Part shown: positions 9,314 through 19,205 of the stretch, piece by piece | Numbering within the stretch: the first letter of the stretch is position 1 | Layout: each line of letters begins with the position of its first letter | NCBI GenBank assembly: GCA_965237675.1 | Contig: OZ250150.1 | Location: forward strand, 5,216,001 to 5,280,000 | Direction: 5' to 3' | Length of the DNA: 64,000 nucleotides | Origin: Candidatus Latescibacterota bacterium | GTDB lineage: Bacteria > Latescibacterota > UBA2968 > GCA-2709665 | The notes under the pieces: model-generated | The model's database searches: none | What the model was told of the DNA's origin: nothing | What the model saw: the letters and a program-made list of their open reading frames with translations, nothing else | Program-made: the position numbers and the translations under genes

Positions 9314-9936
9314 TAGATGTATACGCGACTTCCTTTCTGCGCCCGAGCGAATGTCGCCTCGAGGTCGGCGTCGTTCAGACGAATACACCCGTGCGTGATG
9401 TTGCGGCCAATGAGATTCGGGTAGAGGTTTCCGTGAATTTCGTAACCGTCGCCCAACTCCAGCGCATATTTGCCCAGCGTGACCGGATCCAGGCGGTCGA
9501 AATCCCAAGGCAGTACCGGGGCCTCCCGACCTGCCTCCACAAAAGCCCATTCCGGTTTCTTCCATATCGGATTCACCACTTTACGCCGGATTTCGAATCG
9601 CCCTTTCGGTGTATTGAACCGCCACAGTTTCCGTTTGTCGCTCAATAGAATCTTGCCGCTGCCGGTTGCGCAGACCGCTTCCTCCAACAGCCGATTCCGG
9701 TGCCATACCTGGAGGCGGTTGTGTACCGTGTCGATTACAAAATGCGGCCTTTCGTCCCTCAACCGGTTGAGGGCGGCCTCCAGCGTTTCGATGTCCGCTG
9801 AAAGATGATCTGCCGTGGAGGATCGGGCCGGGGTGCCGGTCGGCTCGGAACCCGCGCTCTGACTGTCCGGAGGGCGAGTCCGGCACGCGGCGGCGACCAC
9901 CACCGGCAGAAGCAGAACAACAATAAACCGGCGCAT
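9310..9936 (-). CDS. L,D-transpeptidase (YkuD family) lipoprotein
   Basis: Lipobox AAAC; FNTPKGRF; YEIHG...THGCIRL catalytic motif. Confidence 0.92.
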   Translation of the reverse strand: MRRFIVVLLLPVVVAAACRTRPPDSQSAGSEPTGTPARSSTADHLSADIETLEAALNRLRDERPHFVIDTVHNRLQVWHRNRLLEEAVCATGSGKILLSDKRKLWRFNTPKGRFEIRRKVVNPIWKKPEWAFVEAGREAPVLPWDFDRLDPVTLGKYALELGDGYEIHGNLYPNLIGRNITHGCIRLNDADLEATFARAQKGSRVYIY

Positions 9937-9950
9937 GCAAACGGTACCTA

Positions 9951-9996
9951 AAACTGGAAAACCGAGAAGAGAGCAGACTTCTCGGTTTTCCAGTTT
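9951..9996. terminator. Perfect 19-bp stem-loop between the lipoprotein and L,D-transpeptidase genes
   Basis: aaactggaaaaccgagaag-agagcaga-cttctcggttttccagttt. Confidence 0.6.
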
Positions 9997-10035
9997 AAAC
10001 TAATATGGTAAAGAAAATGACAAACTGGCATTAGA

Positions 10036-10638
10036 TTAACGCAGATACCAGGCGTTGTTTTGCTCTTTCCAATCTTCGATTTTCTGCATTGCGGTTGAAA
10101 CGGCGTCCTGTACTCCGCCCAGCTTGCTTTCCGCGGCCTGGGCATGGGCCAACGCGTCGTTGAACATGCCGTTTTCCAGGCTGCCTTTTGCACTATTCAG
10201 CGAAGCTTCGGCCTCGCCAAGGTCGGCATCAAGCTGGCCCAGATCCCCATCCGCGCCTTTTCCGCGGGGGGCCGCGCTAAGCGCTTCCCGGGCTCCCGCC
10301 AGCATGGGAGACGTCGAATCGATGATAGCCTGAGCGCCGTCGCGTGTTTTGGCCTTGTTTGTTTCAGCCTGAGACACGGACTGGTTCGCGCGTTCCTCAG
10401 CCTCGATGGCAGCGGCTCTGGCCTCCTTGTATTCGCCTTGTTCTACTTTGTCTTTGGAGTCTTTCAGGGTGTTCGTGGCCGAACGGAAAATTTCTTCGGC
10501 GTAGACATCAGCCTCGGCGGCCTTGGCTTTGCTGAGGGCGCCTTCAGCGGCTTTGATTTCCTCTTCGGGCGGTTGTTCGCAAGCCACAAAGGCCGCGGAA
10601 AAACAGACAACAAGGCCAATCCTCAGGACAGATCGCAT
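10036..10638 (-). CDS. Ala/Glu-rich coiled-coil lipoprotein (DUF4398-like repeats)
   Basis: Lipobox FVAC; two A..A...A..AEA..YA-type helical repeats; GGAGGGGAG RBS. Confidence 0.75.
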   Translation of the reverse strand: MRSVLRIGLVVCFSAAFVACEQPPEEEIKAAEGALSKAKAAEADVYAEEIFRSATNTLKDSKDKVEQGEYKEARAAAIEAEERANQSVSQAETNKAKTRDGAQAIIDSTSPMLAGAREALSAAPRGKGADGDLGQLDADLGEAEASLNSAKGSLENGMFNDALAHAQAAESKLGGVQDAVSTAMQKIEDWKEQNNAWYLR

Positions 10639-10737
10639 CTCCCCTCCTTGGTTGATAAGACCTGAAATGTTGGTAGTAAATCAAACAGAAATAACCATTT
10701 CCGCACCATCTCATTGGTTATGCACTCGTACGGCAGA

Positions 10738-10766
10738 AAGATACATCTTAAGCTCGACAAAGTCAA
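10738..10766 (-). promoter_or_regulatory. Sigma70-type promoter for the lipoprotein/L,D-transpeptidase operon
   Basis: Minus strand TTGACT-17 bp-TATCTT. Confidence 0.45.
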
Positions 10767-11213
10767 GCGATTTCTCTAGAAATTTCGCCCCGGCAAACAC
10801 CGAACGGATTATCCATCTACCCGTCGATGCATGGAATTCGCCCACCGCCAGGCGAAAGTGGAATCGCCAAGCATATCAGGTAAAATGCCGGCAACAGAAG
10901 CTATTTAATGTGATGAACACGCTCGTATCAAGTAACGGATCACGTCACGGCATACCGCGTCATCAACCCGGTTGTGGCCGATTCCGCCATTTTCGCAATC
11001 GGCCTTTTGCGGTTGCGTGCCGTTGGTGCAACCGCTATATTGCGGACACACCGGGGTTCCCCGGTACTTCGGCCCGGCGCAAATTCGGTTCCCACATCGG
11101 GATTCGAATGTGAAAGTCCGCCGGTTACGCCACGCGTGAATCCACCGGCGAATATTGCGTAAGTCCATATAAAGTCATAGACATATTGGTTGTGCATATT
11201 ACGGGAGAAATCC

Positions 11214-11450
11214 ATGGGTTTTGAAAACGAACTGGGTGTGGCCGCGCTTTCGGTGTTGGGGGCGCTACTGTTTCGATGGTTTGGCGTTCCCAAACGCTGG
11301 ACGCCGGTGACGCCGTTGGTTTTGTCGATCCTGATCGTCGCGTTGTTCGGAGAGGTTGATACGGTGAAGGCGGTGTTCACGAGCGGACTGGTCAGCGGGC
11401 TATTCGCCAATGGATTCCTATTCCTTATTCCGAACACCCGGAATGGATGA
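11214..11450 (+). CDS. Small 3-TM membrane protein, holin-like
   Basis: GGGAG RBS before ATG 11214. 78 aa with three hydrophobic segments. VPKRWTPVTPLVLSIL...SGLVSGLFANG resembles small phage holins (by eye). Confidence 0.5.
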   Translation: MGFENELGVAALSVLGALLFRWFGVPKRWTPVTPLVLSILIVALFGEVDTVKAVFTSGLVSGLFANGFLFLIPNTRNG

Positions 11451-12629
11451 TCTTATTCTAAGACGATTCAGATCATCCAGAAGTTGTTTGGCGTCGTACA
11501 CAACGGTATTCTTGGAAATGCGTTTTTCCTTGCGCACGTAGGTTTCAAGCGCTTCACGGGCGCGATCGTGGCGACCGCCTCGAAAGCAGGCCAAACCCAG
11601 GTAATAGTAGACGTCTGTCTGCGTGGAATCGACCTTAACCGCGTTTTGTAGATGCTTGATGGCATTCGCATAATTACGGACATTGAAGTATGACACCCCC
11701 AATTTGAGATACGCCGAAGCGTCGTCGGCCCCGGTGGCAATCGCTTTTCGGTAGGTATCGACGGCGGATTTGAAATCCCCTCGGTTAAATGCCAGGTTGC
11801 CGAGACTCACATACGCCTCGCCGTATTGAGGATCGATCTCCAGAGCTTTCAGGTAGGCGGCCCGCGCCTTCCTGAGATTCCCTTCCTGAGCATAGGCCAT
11901 ACCCAGATTTCTGTAGATGTAACGGCGTTCGGTGTCTTCGGTCTGGAACCGAAGCGCCATTTCGTAGATTTCAATGGCCTTGTCGGTCTTTCCGGTGTAG
12001 ATGTAAGTAAGGCCCAGATTAAGATAGGCGTCGGTGTACTTGTCATTGAGCTTGACCGCCCGTCTGTATTCCGCGATAGCCTGATCGGCGTATCCTTTAT
12101 GGTAATAGGCCAGGCCCATCAGGTTACGTACAAATGCCGACCCGGGTTTGAGTTCCAGAGCGGTTTTATAATGCGAAAGGGCCGAATCATAGTTCCCTTT
12201 GTGGTAGTATGTTCTGCCCAGGTCGACCCGAGCCTGGAAAAGGTTCGGATTGGCTCGTATCGACCGTTTCAGATAAACAAGCCGCTCGTCCGGGCGGGTT
12301 AACAGGCGCCCATACAGGTAGAGACCGACGGCGGCCCCCGGCCGGGCGCGCAGGCGCCTCAAATATTCGGCAAGCAACTCCCGGCGGCGGTCGGTCTTGA
12401 GCATCAGGTCCTGGTAGTGAATATTTGCCTGGATATCGTCGGGCTTGCTTCTGACCAGACGCCGAAAATGAGCCAGTTCGGCTTCATTCGGAACGCCTTC
12501 GGCGCCCCGGACAGGGCTTCCGAACCATCCAATGACAAGAGGCACAATAAGGATCAGACGGGTTAACACTGGCACTCCAGCGGTCAATCGTCGAAGTTGG
12601 GATTTCGTCGGCGCTGGATCGGTTCGCAT
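11418..12629 (-). CDS. Exported tetratricopeptide repeat protein
   Basis: N-terminal hydrophobic segment and about 8 TPRs (A..NLGLTY..., AY.SLG...). Confidence 0.88.
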   Translation of the reverse strand: MRTDPAPTKSQLRRLTAGVPVLTRLILIVPLVIGWFGSPVRGAEGVPNEAELAHFRRLVRSKPDDIQANIHYQDLMLKTDRRRELLAEYLRRLRARPGAAVGLYLYGRLLTRPDERLVYLKRSIRANPNLFQARVDLGRTYYHKGNYDSALSHYKTALELKPGSAFVRNLMGLAYYHKGYADQAIAEYRRAVKLNDKYTDAYLNLGLTYIYTGKTDKAIEIYEMALRFQTEDTERRYIYRNLGMAYAQEGNLRKARAAYLKALEIDPQYGEAYVSLGNLAFNRGDFKSAVDTYRKAIATGADDASAYLKLGVSYFNVRNYANAIKHLQNAVKVDSTQTDVYYYLGLACFRGGRHDRAREALETYVRKEKRISKNTVVYDAKQLLDDLNRLRIRSSIPGVRNKE

Positions 12630-13007
12630 CGGGGTTTGGAAGTCAGGCCCTGCCTGCGACCTGATCGCAGTCCGAGACGTTGACGCCGTGAACCGCGGAC
12701 CCGACCATGAAAAGGGGTGATAGCATCGTCTCTATCGCCCCTTTTTTCCGTACTGAAGACAATTTTCAGGCCGCAACGCCATGAAACCCTATGGAAATTG
12801 ATGACTTATATCGAATCACACAAGCCACGGCAGGACAGAAAGTGAAGACGCGCGGTGAACCGCAATATCCCCTATGGCGATCTGGCCCGGTCCATCAGGC
12901 TGGTCGATCAATTCGGTGTTGTCCTCCTGCAAGGGCGGCCCCATCGTGGCTGCAGGGTCGGCTTTATTGGCGCGGTACATCGGAGAAACGGAACGATTAT
13001 CCGGCAC

Positions 13008-13877
13008 CTATCTGTCTTTCTTCAGGAGAACGCTCAGAGGTCGTTTGGGTTTGTAGAGATAGATCACGTCGGCCGGGTCGAGCATCGTATTGAAAATGGC
13101 AATTTCATCAATCTTGCCGGAATAGGCCGTCGTGTAATGGTTGAATCGAATGGCCATTTCGTCCAGTTTCCACGTAATATCGCGCCGGATTTTCCTCTTC
13201 CGGCCTATTTCTTCACCGTCGACGAAGAGCGCGTATTCGGCATCGGTGTTGCCGCTGTTGATATTGGACCACGTTACAACAATATGGTGCCATTGATCGG
13301 ATTTCCAGTTGAGCTTCTCATACCGGATCGTCCATTGTTTCACCTGGTCTTCCCGTACTGCCCCCGTTTTGTCGGGGTAACAGCCGAAGCGAAGGGCGCT
13401 GGGAGGACGATCCTTCTGGCTTTTTTCGAAGTCTACGAAGATGACCGCATCATCCCATTTTTTTCCTATGGAGAAGGGCTCGGGGAACTTCTCCGTGAAG
13501 TCGCTATTGGGATCGACGCTTAACCAGAAAGAGACCCCGCCGGACCAAGGTTTACCCGCTGCGTAGGGAAAGTTGTCCTGGGCCGAATAGCTGAGATAGG
13601 TCGCGTCGTTCGCGAACGAAACGAAGCCGTCCTCCTTGCCGCCGGTGAACTCATGCCGGGGCGGGCTGCTCGTCTCCATTTCAGCAACCGTGCCTTTCTT
13701 TTTTGTTAGCGCCTCGAAACGAGATCTGTCGTCAAAATTCGCAAAAAAAAGGACGTTCGCCGCGAGTTTTTCCTCAATTTTTTTCTCAGGGCCACCACAG
13801 CCGGAAAAACCGAGCACGGCAACCGGAATTGTGATCAGGTGCAAAAGGCGGGAAGAGCACCGTGACATAAGGCACAT
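13008..13877 (-). CDS. LamG/concanavalin-A-like lectin domain lipoprotein
   Basis: Lipobox FSGC; WHHIVVTW, LFVDG and GKIDEIAIFN motifs. Confidence 0.75.
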   Translation of the reverse strand: MCLMSRCSSRLLHLITIPVAVLGFSGCGGPEKKIEEKLAANVLFFANFDDRSRFEALTKKKGTVAEMETSSPPRHEFTGGKEDGFVSFANDATYLSYSAQDNFPYAAGKPWSGGVSFWLSVDPNSDFTEKFPEPFSIGKKWDDAVIFVDFEKSQKDRPPSALRFGCYPDKTGAVREDQVKQWTIRYEKLNWKSDQWHHIVVTWSNINSGNTDAEYALFVDGEEIGRKRKIRRDITWKLDEMAIRFNHYTTAYSGKIDEIAIFNTMLDPADVIYLYKPKRPLSVLLKKDR

Positions 13878-14326
13878 CTCCTTTCAGGAGAGGTTGAGAT
13901 CGATGAGCACGTTAAACCGGCCGTAACAGCGAATCACCAATATAAAAAAAGCCTGTTCGGGCGCAAGCGTTTTTCTCGTTTCCGGTCCGCAGACAAGGAC
14001 GGAAGGAGCCGCGAAGGCCAGAAAAATCAGATGATTAGAGCAACAGAAAATGCCTTGACAACGGTTTTCTAATTTATTATATCGAAATTTCGTAGACTGC
14101 CCGAAACGGCCAGTTTTTCGGACGACGCCGTCGGCGACCGCCGCGGTGGGTTCCGCGGCCATCCGCAATGCGCGTAATGATCGCCCGCCGCTGAAATCGC
14201 GCCCACGCTTTGGAATGCAGTCCCGGCAACACCTGCGACTGCTGTCCGGCCCTTTGTCGTGAAACGCTGACAGGGTTAAGGCGGCCGAAACGAAAATTGA
14301 GTTTCTCAAAGATTCAGGAGTTGACA

Positions 14327-17300
14327 ATGCTGCGTAAACTTGGCGGCGCGATTCTATGGCTGATAGCGATTTTTATGCTTTCGTCGGTTACCGTGTTCAA
14401 CCCGGGCCAGGTAACCGACTTTTTCATTCGGGTCTTCAATATCAAGCCCAGCGTTCCGCAGGTGCGTGTGGAGAAACCCTCGCAGAGAGACGAAGGCATT
14501 CAGGAATTCGCCGATCTGATCTCAGAGTCGGGTCTCCAGGAGACCGTATCCGCTCTGGCCGGAATGGAATCCCGGGTGCCAGGGTATCCGGGGCATAGAG
14601 AGGCGTTCGAATACGTCAAGGGTCGTTTCGAGGCCCTGGGCCTTGAGGATATCACGGTAGAGGAACATCACGTTACCGTACCGATCGACAAAGGGGCGAC
14701 TCTGGAGGTCTTGGCCACCAAAGACACCATCCTGCTTTACGGGCTATGGCCCAATCATGTTCAAACGCCTTCCCTGCCGGAAGGCGGCGTTGCAGGCGCG
14801 CTGATCGACGCGGGGGATGGTTCTTTCAGAGCCTTGAATTCGAAGCCGGTGGCGAATAGCATCGCGTTGATGGAATTCGATTCCGGCCAGAACTATCTCA
14901 ACCCTCGCATGTTAGGCGCGCACGCCATCATATTTTACGACAACGGCGGCGTGAGCAGGGGTCAAGCCCTGGAGAAACTCCTCCAGGTACCGGTGGACGT
15001 GCCCAGGTTCTGGGTGGAGAAAGACGATGCTGGCCGACTGGCTGCACTTGCAAAGTCCAACGCCACACGCGTGAAATTGACTTCCAAGATGGACTGGGAG
15101 AAAGTGCCCACGTGGAACATATACGCCACCCTGCCTGGCTCGGACGATTTTGTCACGGAGCGTGAAGAGCGGAAATGGAAGGACGAGATGGTTGTCTTGA
15201 GTTCGTTCTACGACGCCGCTTCAGTTGTGCCCGCCCTGGCTCCGGGTGCGGAGAATGCGACCGGGCTGGCCGCCCTTCTGGAAGTCGCCGCGGCATTAAA
15301 AGACAAATCGTGGCTGGAATCCTCCTCCGCACTGCCGCAACTGCCGCGGTACACTGTGAAATTTCTGGTAACGGGCGCGCACTTCCAGGGTTTGGCCGGT
15401 GTCAACGACTTTCTGTTCAGGCATTCCCGGGAAAGCGACCACTTCCGGGATTTGATTCCGGACGAACAGAAGATCGACTTCCGACTATTCATCGGATTTG
15501 ACCTATCTAGCGAAACGGACCAGATCGCCAGTTTCTCACACGGTACGTTTATCAACCCGAACTGGTCAACCAACAATTACGAAAACAACCTGCTGGCACC
15601 CTATGCGAAGAAATTCAATAAATACCTGGCCAAAATCTATCCTGGCGAAGAACGTCACATCGACGCCGTTGCACCACCGAAACGAACCTGGAAGAACTAC
15701 ATGCCCGTCCGGCTGGGATTCGATAGCGAGGCGGTCAAATTCGTTGGCAAGGAGGGGATTACGCTGGCCACCCCTTCCACAACGCGCGAAAGGGTGGATA
15801 CGCCCGTGGATCGCGCGGAATACGTCAATTTTGTCAACCTGGCCCGGCAAACGCGAACGGCAACGGGCATGCTTCTGAAAGCGCTGGAAGATCCTGAGTT
15901 TTTCCGGGTGTCCAAACTCAAGCTGCAGGACCTTGGCCACAGCATGAAAGGGCGTATTCTCTGGTTTGAACGAGATGCCGATTTTGCGATTCCACGTGTG
16001 CCCGTGTCGGGGGCTATCGTCACATATCAGCAACCCGGGCCGGTGGCCAGTTGTGGTGGGGTCCGTACGTTGATTGTGGACAAAACCACGGAAGGCCCCA
16101 GATACGTGAGCGACCGTGCCGTGGGGCCCGAATTCGGCACAAAAGAGGAAGTGGAGGCCGCCGGTCGTTTCCATTTCAACATCATGCGCAACCGGTTTAC
16201 GAATCAGATATTTGCGTATGAAATTGACGACCATGGCCGAATCATATCGGCGCCGGATCTGGGCACGGAAGGCGAGGAGAAATTTCCCACCAGGCAGGGC
16301 TACGGATGGTGGGAGAACGAGATGCTGGCGGTCCTCTTCAAGTGCCGTTCTCTCAGCGTGTTTGAAATCATCGATTCCAGTTACCTTTCGGCGCTCGATT
16401 TCATGACCGTGCTGAATGCGGGCGATTCCCAGCCGCTGGAATACGGTTATTACTATATAGAAAACCAGAGCATCAAAGAAGGCGACGTCACGCGGGCGGC
16501 GGTCGCATTTACCGCGATAAACCCTACAACCGGCAGTCCCGATCCCATCAAGATTCTGATGAGCACAGGCCTGTTCGGGGTGAAATACCTGCTGATCAAC
16601 GCCCCTGAGGAGTTTCTGGAAAAACCCGTGGACAAGTGGGACGTGGACGATGACTTGCTGGAGCAGTCCCGCGGCGCCGGTTATCCTCCGGGTGTGATCC
16701 TGTACCCTTCATACAAAGCCGCGAAGGATATGTGGGTGATCGACGACATCCGGATGAAGCAACTTGCCCAGTACGGTATAACGAATGCACGGTTGGAAAA
16801 GCTGCATACGCATGCGGCCGAAGCGCTGAAACGGGCACGGGAGAATCTGGCCAACGACGACTACGAAGGGTTTATCGCCGCGTCGCGGGAAGCATGGGGT
16901 CTGGAAGCCCGCGGCTACCCGGAAGTGATGTCAACCGCAAACGACACGGTGCGTGGAATTATCTTTTATTTCATTCTACTGCTGCCCTTTTCCTTTTTCT
17001 GCGAGCGGTTGCTTTTCGGATTTCCGGATGTCACCCGGCGTCTGGCAGGCTTTGCGGGAATCTTCGTGCTGTTTTTCATAATCCTTCGTTACGTACATCC
17101 GGCCTTCAAACTGAGCAGCACGCCCTATATCATCTTCCTGGCTTTCGTAATCATGGCGCTTGGCGGCATTGCGATGTTCATTGTCGTTTCCAAGTTCGGC
17201 GAAGAGGTCCGGAAGATGAAGCAGGCCTCGGCAGGTACGTACGAGGCGGACGTGGGTCGGTTGAGCGCGACGGCTGCGTCAATTATTCTGGGCATTTCCA

Positions 17301-19123
17301 ATTTACGAAAACGTCCTCTCCGAACCGGACTGACGGCCATCACCCTCACATTGCTCACGTTTACCGCGCTGTCATTCACATCGGTACAGACGTCCATCAA
17401 ATTTTATCGATTGCCGCGAGACAATCAACCGCCGTATCCGGGAGGCCTTGTCCGGGATCGTTCCTGGAGAGGATTGCAGGAATCCGTGCTCCAGTACCTG
17501 ACCAGTGCATTTAAAGGCCGTGCGACAATCGTTCCCCGTGCATGGTACCTGTCTCAGGTTCGCGGTGAACGGGCCTACGTCAATTTTTCCCGGATCACCG
17601 AGCAGACCTCGTACCTTGGCTCGAGAGACACCTATGTCGATTTCGACGTTGGCATAACCACGGGAAAAGACAGCTTTGTGAACGGGTTGCTGGGGCTTAC
17701 CGCGGAAGAGCCGGAAATTACCGGTATCGACCGTTATCTGATGAGCGGGCGGTGGTTTAATCCAGGTGAGACGGATGTGTGCATTCTACCGAACGACCTG
17801 GCGGAATTGGTGGGCATTTTTCCTGAAGACGCCGGTACCGCCAAGGTCGAGATGCTGGGTGGTGTTTTCACGGTCATCGGTATTATGGACTCGGAGGGTT
17901 TCAACAAGTACAAAGATATGGACGACGAGAAGCTGACGCCCGTGGATACGGTCAAGGAGAAGGACGACCTGGCTGATGCTCAGGACCAGGATCCGCGGGT
18001 CGTGGCGGCGGCGCCCATTGAGACGTTTACGCATCTGGAATCGACCAATGTCATGATTCTGCCTTATGATTACGTGCGGAATATTGGAGGCACCCTGAAT
18101 TCCGTCGCAGTAGCGAACTTTGTGGACTCACGGGGCAACGCGAAGACGAACTTCCTGCCGGATGTCGAAGAGTTCATGACCCGCGTATCCCTGACCATGT
18201 TCGTGGGTCACGAGAACAAGGTCACGGTGTACAGTTCCATCGGATCCACGTCTCTTTCCGGGTTGGGCACACTGTTTATCCCGATCCTGATTGCTGCGCT
18301 GATCGTGTTGAATACGATGATGGGCTCCGTGTACGAACGGTTCAACGAAATTGGGATTTACTCCGCGGTGGGGCTGGCGCCCAACCACATTGCTGCGCTG
18401 TTTCTCGCGGAGGCGACGGTATTCGCCACGATCGGCGCCGTACTCGGGTATTTGATTGGACAGGTGCTGGTTCTTGTGCTATTTACCCAGGCACAGGCAC
18501 AGGGACAACTGCTCAGCCTGGAATTGAACTATTCTTCGTTGTCGGCCATTTCTTCCACGTTGATCGTAATGGCGACCGTGTTCCTTTCCACGCTGTATCC
18601 GGCGAAAAAAGCCGCCGATATGGCGGTTCCGGACGTAACGCGAAAGTGGGAATTTCCAGAACCCGACGGGGATAAATGGGTGTTTGATTTTCCGTTTACC
18701 GTTGGCGGCGCGGAAGTGTTGGGCATGTACACCTACCTGACTCGTGTCTTTGAATCCTACGGTGAAGGGTCCGTCGGCGACTTTGTGGCCGATTACGTCC
18801 GTTTTACCTCCGAGGACCTGGAGGGCGAACCCCAATATGAAATCAACCTGACGTGCTGGCTTGCGCCTTACGACCTGGGCATCAGCCAGGAAGTGGAATT
18901 GAGGGCGATACCAACCAGGGAATACAATATTTACAAAATTGTGGTCGTTATCAACCGGCTCAGCGGAGACGTGGCCTCGTGGAAACGAATCAACAGGGGC
19001 TTCCTAAACGTGCTCAGGAAACGATTCCTGGTGTGGCGTACCATTCCACCCGAGTTGAAACACCAGTATGCTGACGAGGGCAAACAGATTCTGGAAAACG
19101 CAGTGGAAGAGGTAAGTGTATAG
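14327..19123 (+). CDS. Giant membrane protein: PA/M28 peptidase-like ectodomain + TM bundle + MacB-like periplasmic domain + FtsX permease domain
   Basis: AGGAG RBS before ATG 14327. M28 fold landmarks: SRVPGYPGH, NIYATLPG, SFYD...APGAEN, GLAG. Permease landmarks: NLRKRPLRTGLT, GRWF, FTVIGI, LNTMMGSVYERFNEIGIYSAVG...FLAEA, LYPAKKAA. Confidence 0.8.
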   Translation: MLRKLGGAILWLIAIFMLSSVTVFNPGQVTDFFIRVFNIKPSVPQVRVEKPSQRDEGIQEFADLISESGLQETVSALAGMESRVPGYPGHREAFEYVKGRFEALGLEDITVEEHHVTVPIDKGATLEVLATKDTILLYGLWPNHVQTPSLPEGGVAGALIDAGDGSFRALNSKPVANSIALMEFDSGQNYLNPRMLGAHAIIFYDNGGVSRGQALEKLLQVPVDVPRFWVEKDDAGRLAALAKSNATRVKLTSKMDWEKVPTWNIYATLPGSDDFVTEREERKWKDEMVVLSSFYDAASVVPALAPGAENATGLAALLEVAAALKDKSWLESSSALPQLPRYTVKFLVTGAHFQGLAGVNDFLFRHSRESDHFRDLIPDEQKIDFRLFIGFDLSSETDQIASFSHGTFINPNWSTNNYENNLLAPYAKKFNKYLAKIYPGEERHIDAVAPPKRTWKNYMPVRLGFDSEAVKFVGKEGITLATPSTTRERVDTPVDRAEYVNFVNLARQTRTATGMLLKALEDPEFFRVSKLKLQDLGHSMKGRILWFERDADFAIPRVPVSGAIVTYQQPGPVASCGGVRTLIVDKTTEGPRYVSDRAVGPEFGTKEEVEAAGRFHFNIMRNRFTNQIFAYEIDDHGRIISAPDLGTEGEEKFPTRQGYGWWENEMLAVLFKCRSLSVFEIIDSSYLSALDFMTVLNAGDSQPLEYGYYYIENQSIKEGDVTRAAVAFTAINPTTGSPDPIKILMSTGLFGVKYLLINAPEEFLEKPVDKWDVDDDLLEQSRGAGYPPGVILYPSYKAAKDMWVIDDIRMKQLAQYGITNARLEKLHTHAAEALKRARENLANDDYEGFIAASREAWGLEARGYPEVMSTANDTVRGIIFYFILLLPFSFFCERLLFGFPDVTRRLAGFAGIFVLFFIILRYVHPAFKLSSTPYIIFLAFVIMALGGIAMFIVVSKFGEEVRKMKQASAGTYEADVGRLSATAASIILGISNLRKRPLRTGLTAITLTLLTFTALSFTSVQTSIKFYRLPRDNQPPYPGGLVRDRSWRGLQESVLQYLTSAFKGRATIVPRAWYLSQVRGERAYVNFSRITEQTSYLGSRDTYVDFDVGITTGKDSFVNGLLGLTAEEPEITGIDRYLMSGRWFNPGETDVCILPNDLAELVGIFPEDAGTAKVEMLGGVFTVIGIMDSEGFNKYKDMDDEKLTPVDTVKEKDDLADAQDQDPRVVAAAPIETFTHLESTNVMILPYDYVRNIGGTLNSVAVANFVDSRGNAKTNFLPDVEEFMTRVSLTMFVGHENKVTVYSSIGSTSLSGLGTLFIPILIAALIVLNTMMGSVYERFNEIGIYSAVGLAPNHIAALFLAEATVFATIGAVLGYLIGQVLVLVLFTQAQAQGQLLSLELNYSSLSAISSTLIVMATVFLSTLYPAKKAADMAVPDVTRKWEFPEPDGDKWVFDFPFTVGGAEVLGMYTYLTRVFESYGEGSVGDFVADYVRFTSEDLEGEPQYEINLTCWLAPYDLGISQEVELRAIPTREYNIYKIVVVINRLSGDVASWKRINRGFLNVLRKRFLVWRTIPPELKHQYADEGKQILENAVEEVSV

Positions 19124-19205
19124 AGACGTAGTGTGCCGAGAGTTGCATAACAGCCCGCGGGGTTGCCACCCGCAACCCGTGACTCGCTGCTCCCAATGAG
19201 GAGGG

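Noticed and set aside
14250-14296. Hammerhead-like arrangement (tttgtc...ctgacag-ggtt..ggcc-gaaacgaaa) in the leader of the giant permease
   Set aside because: The core reads CUGACAG, not CUGANGA, and stem I cannot close; probably chance.
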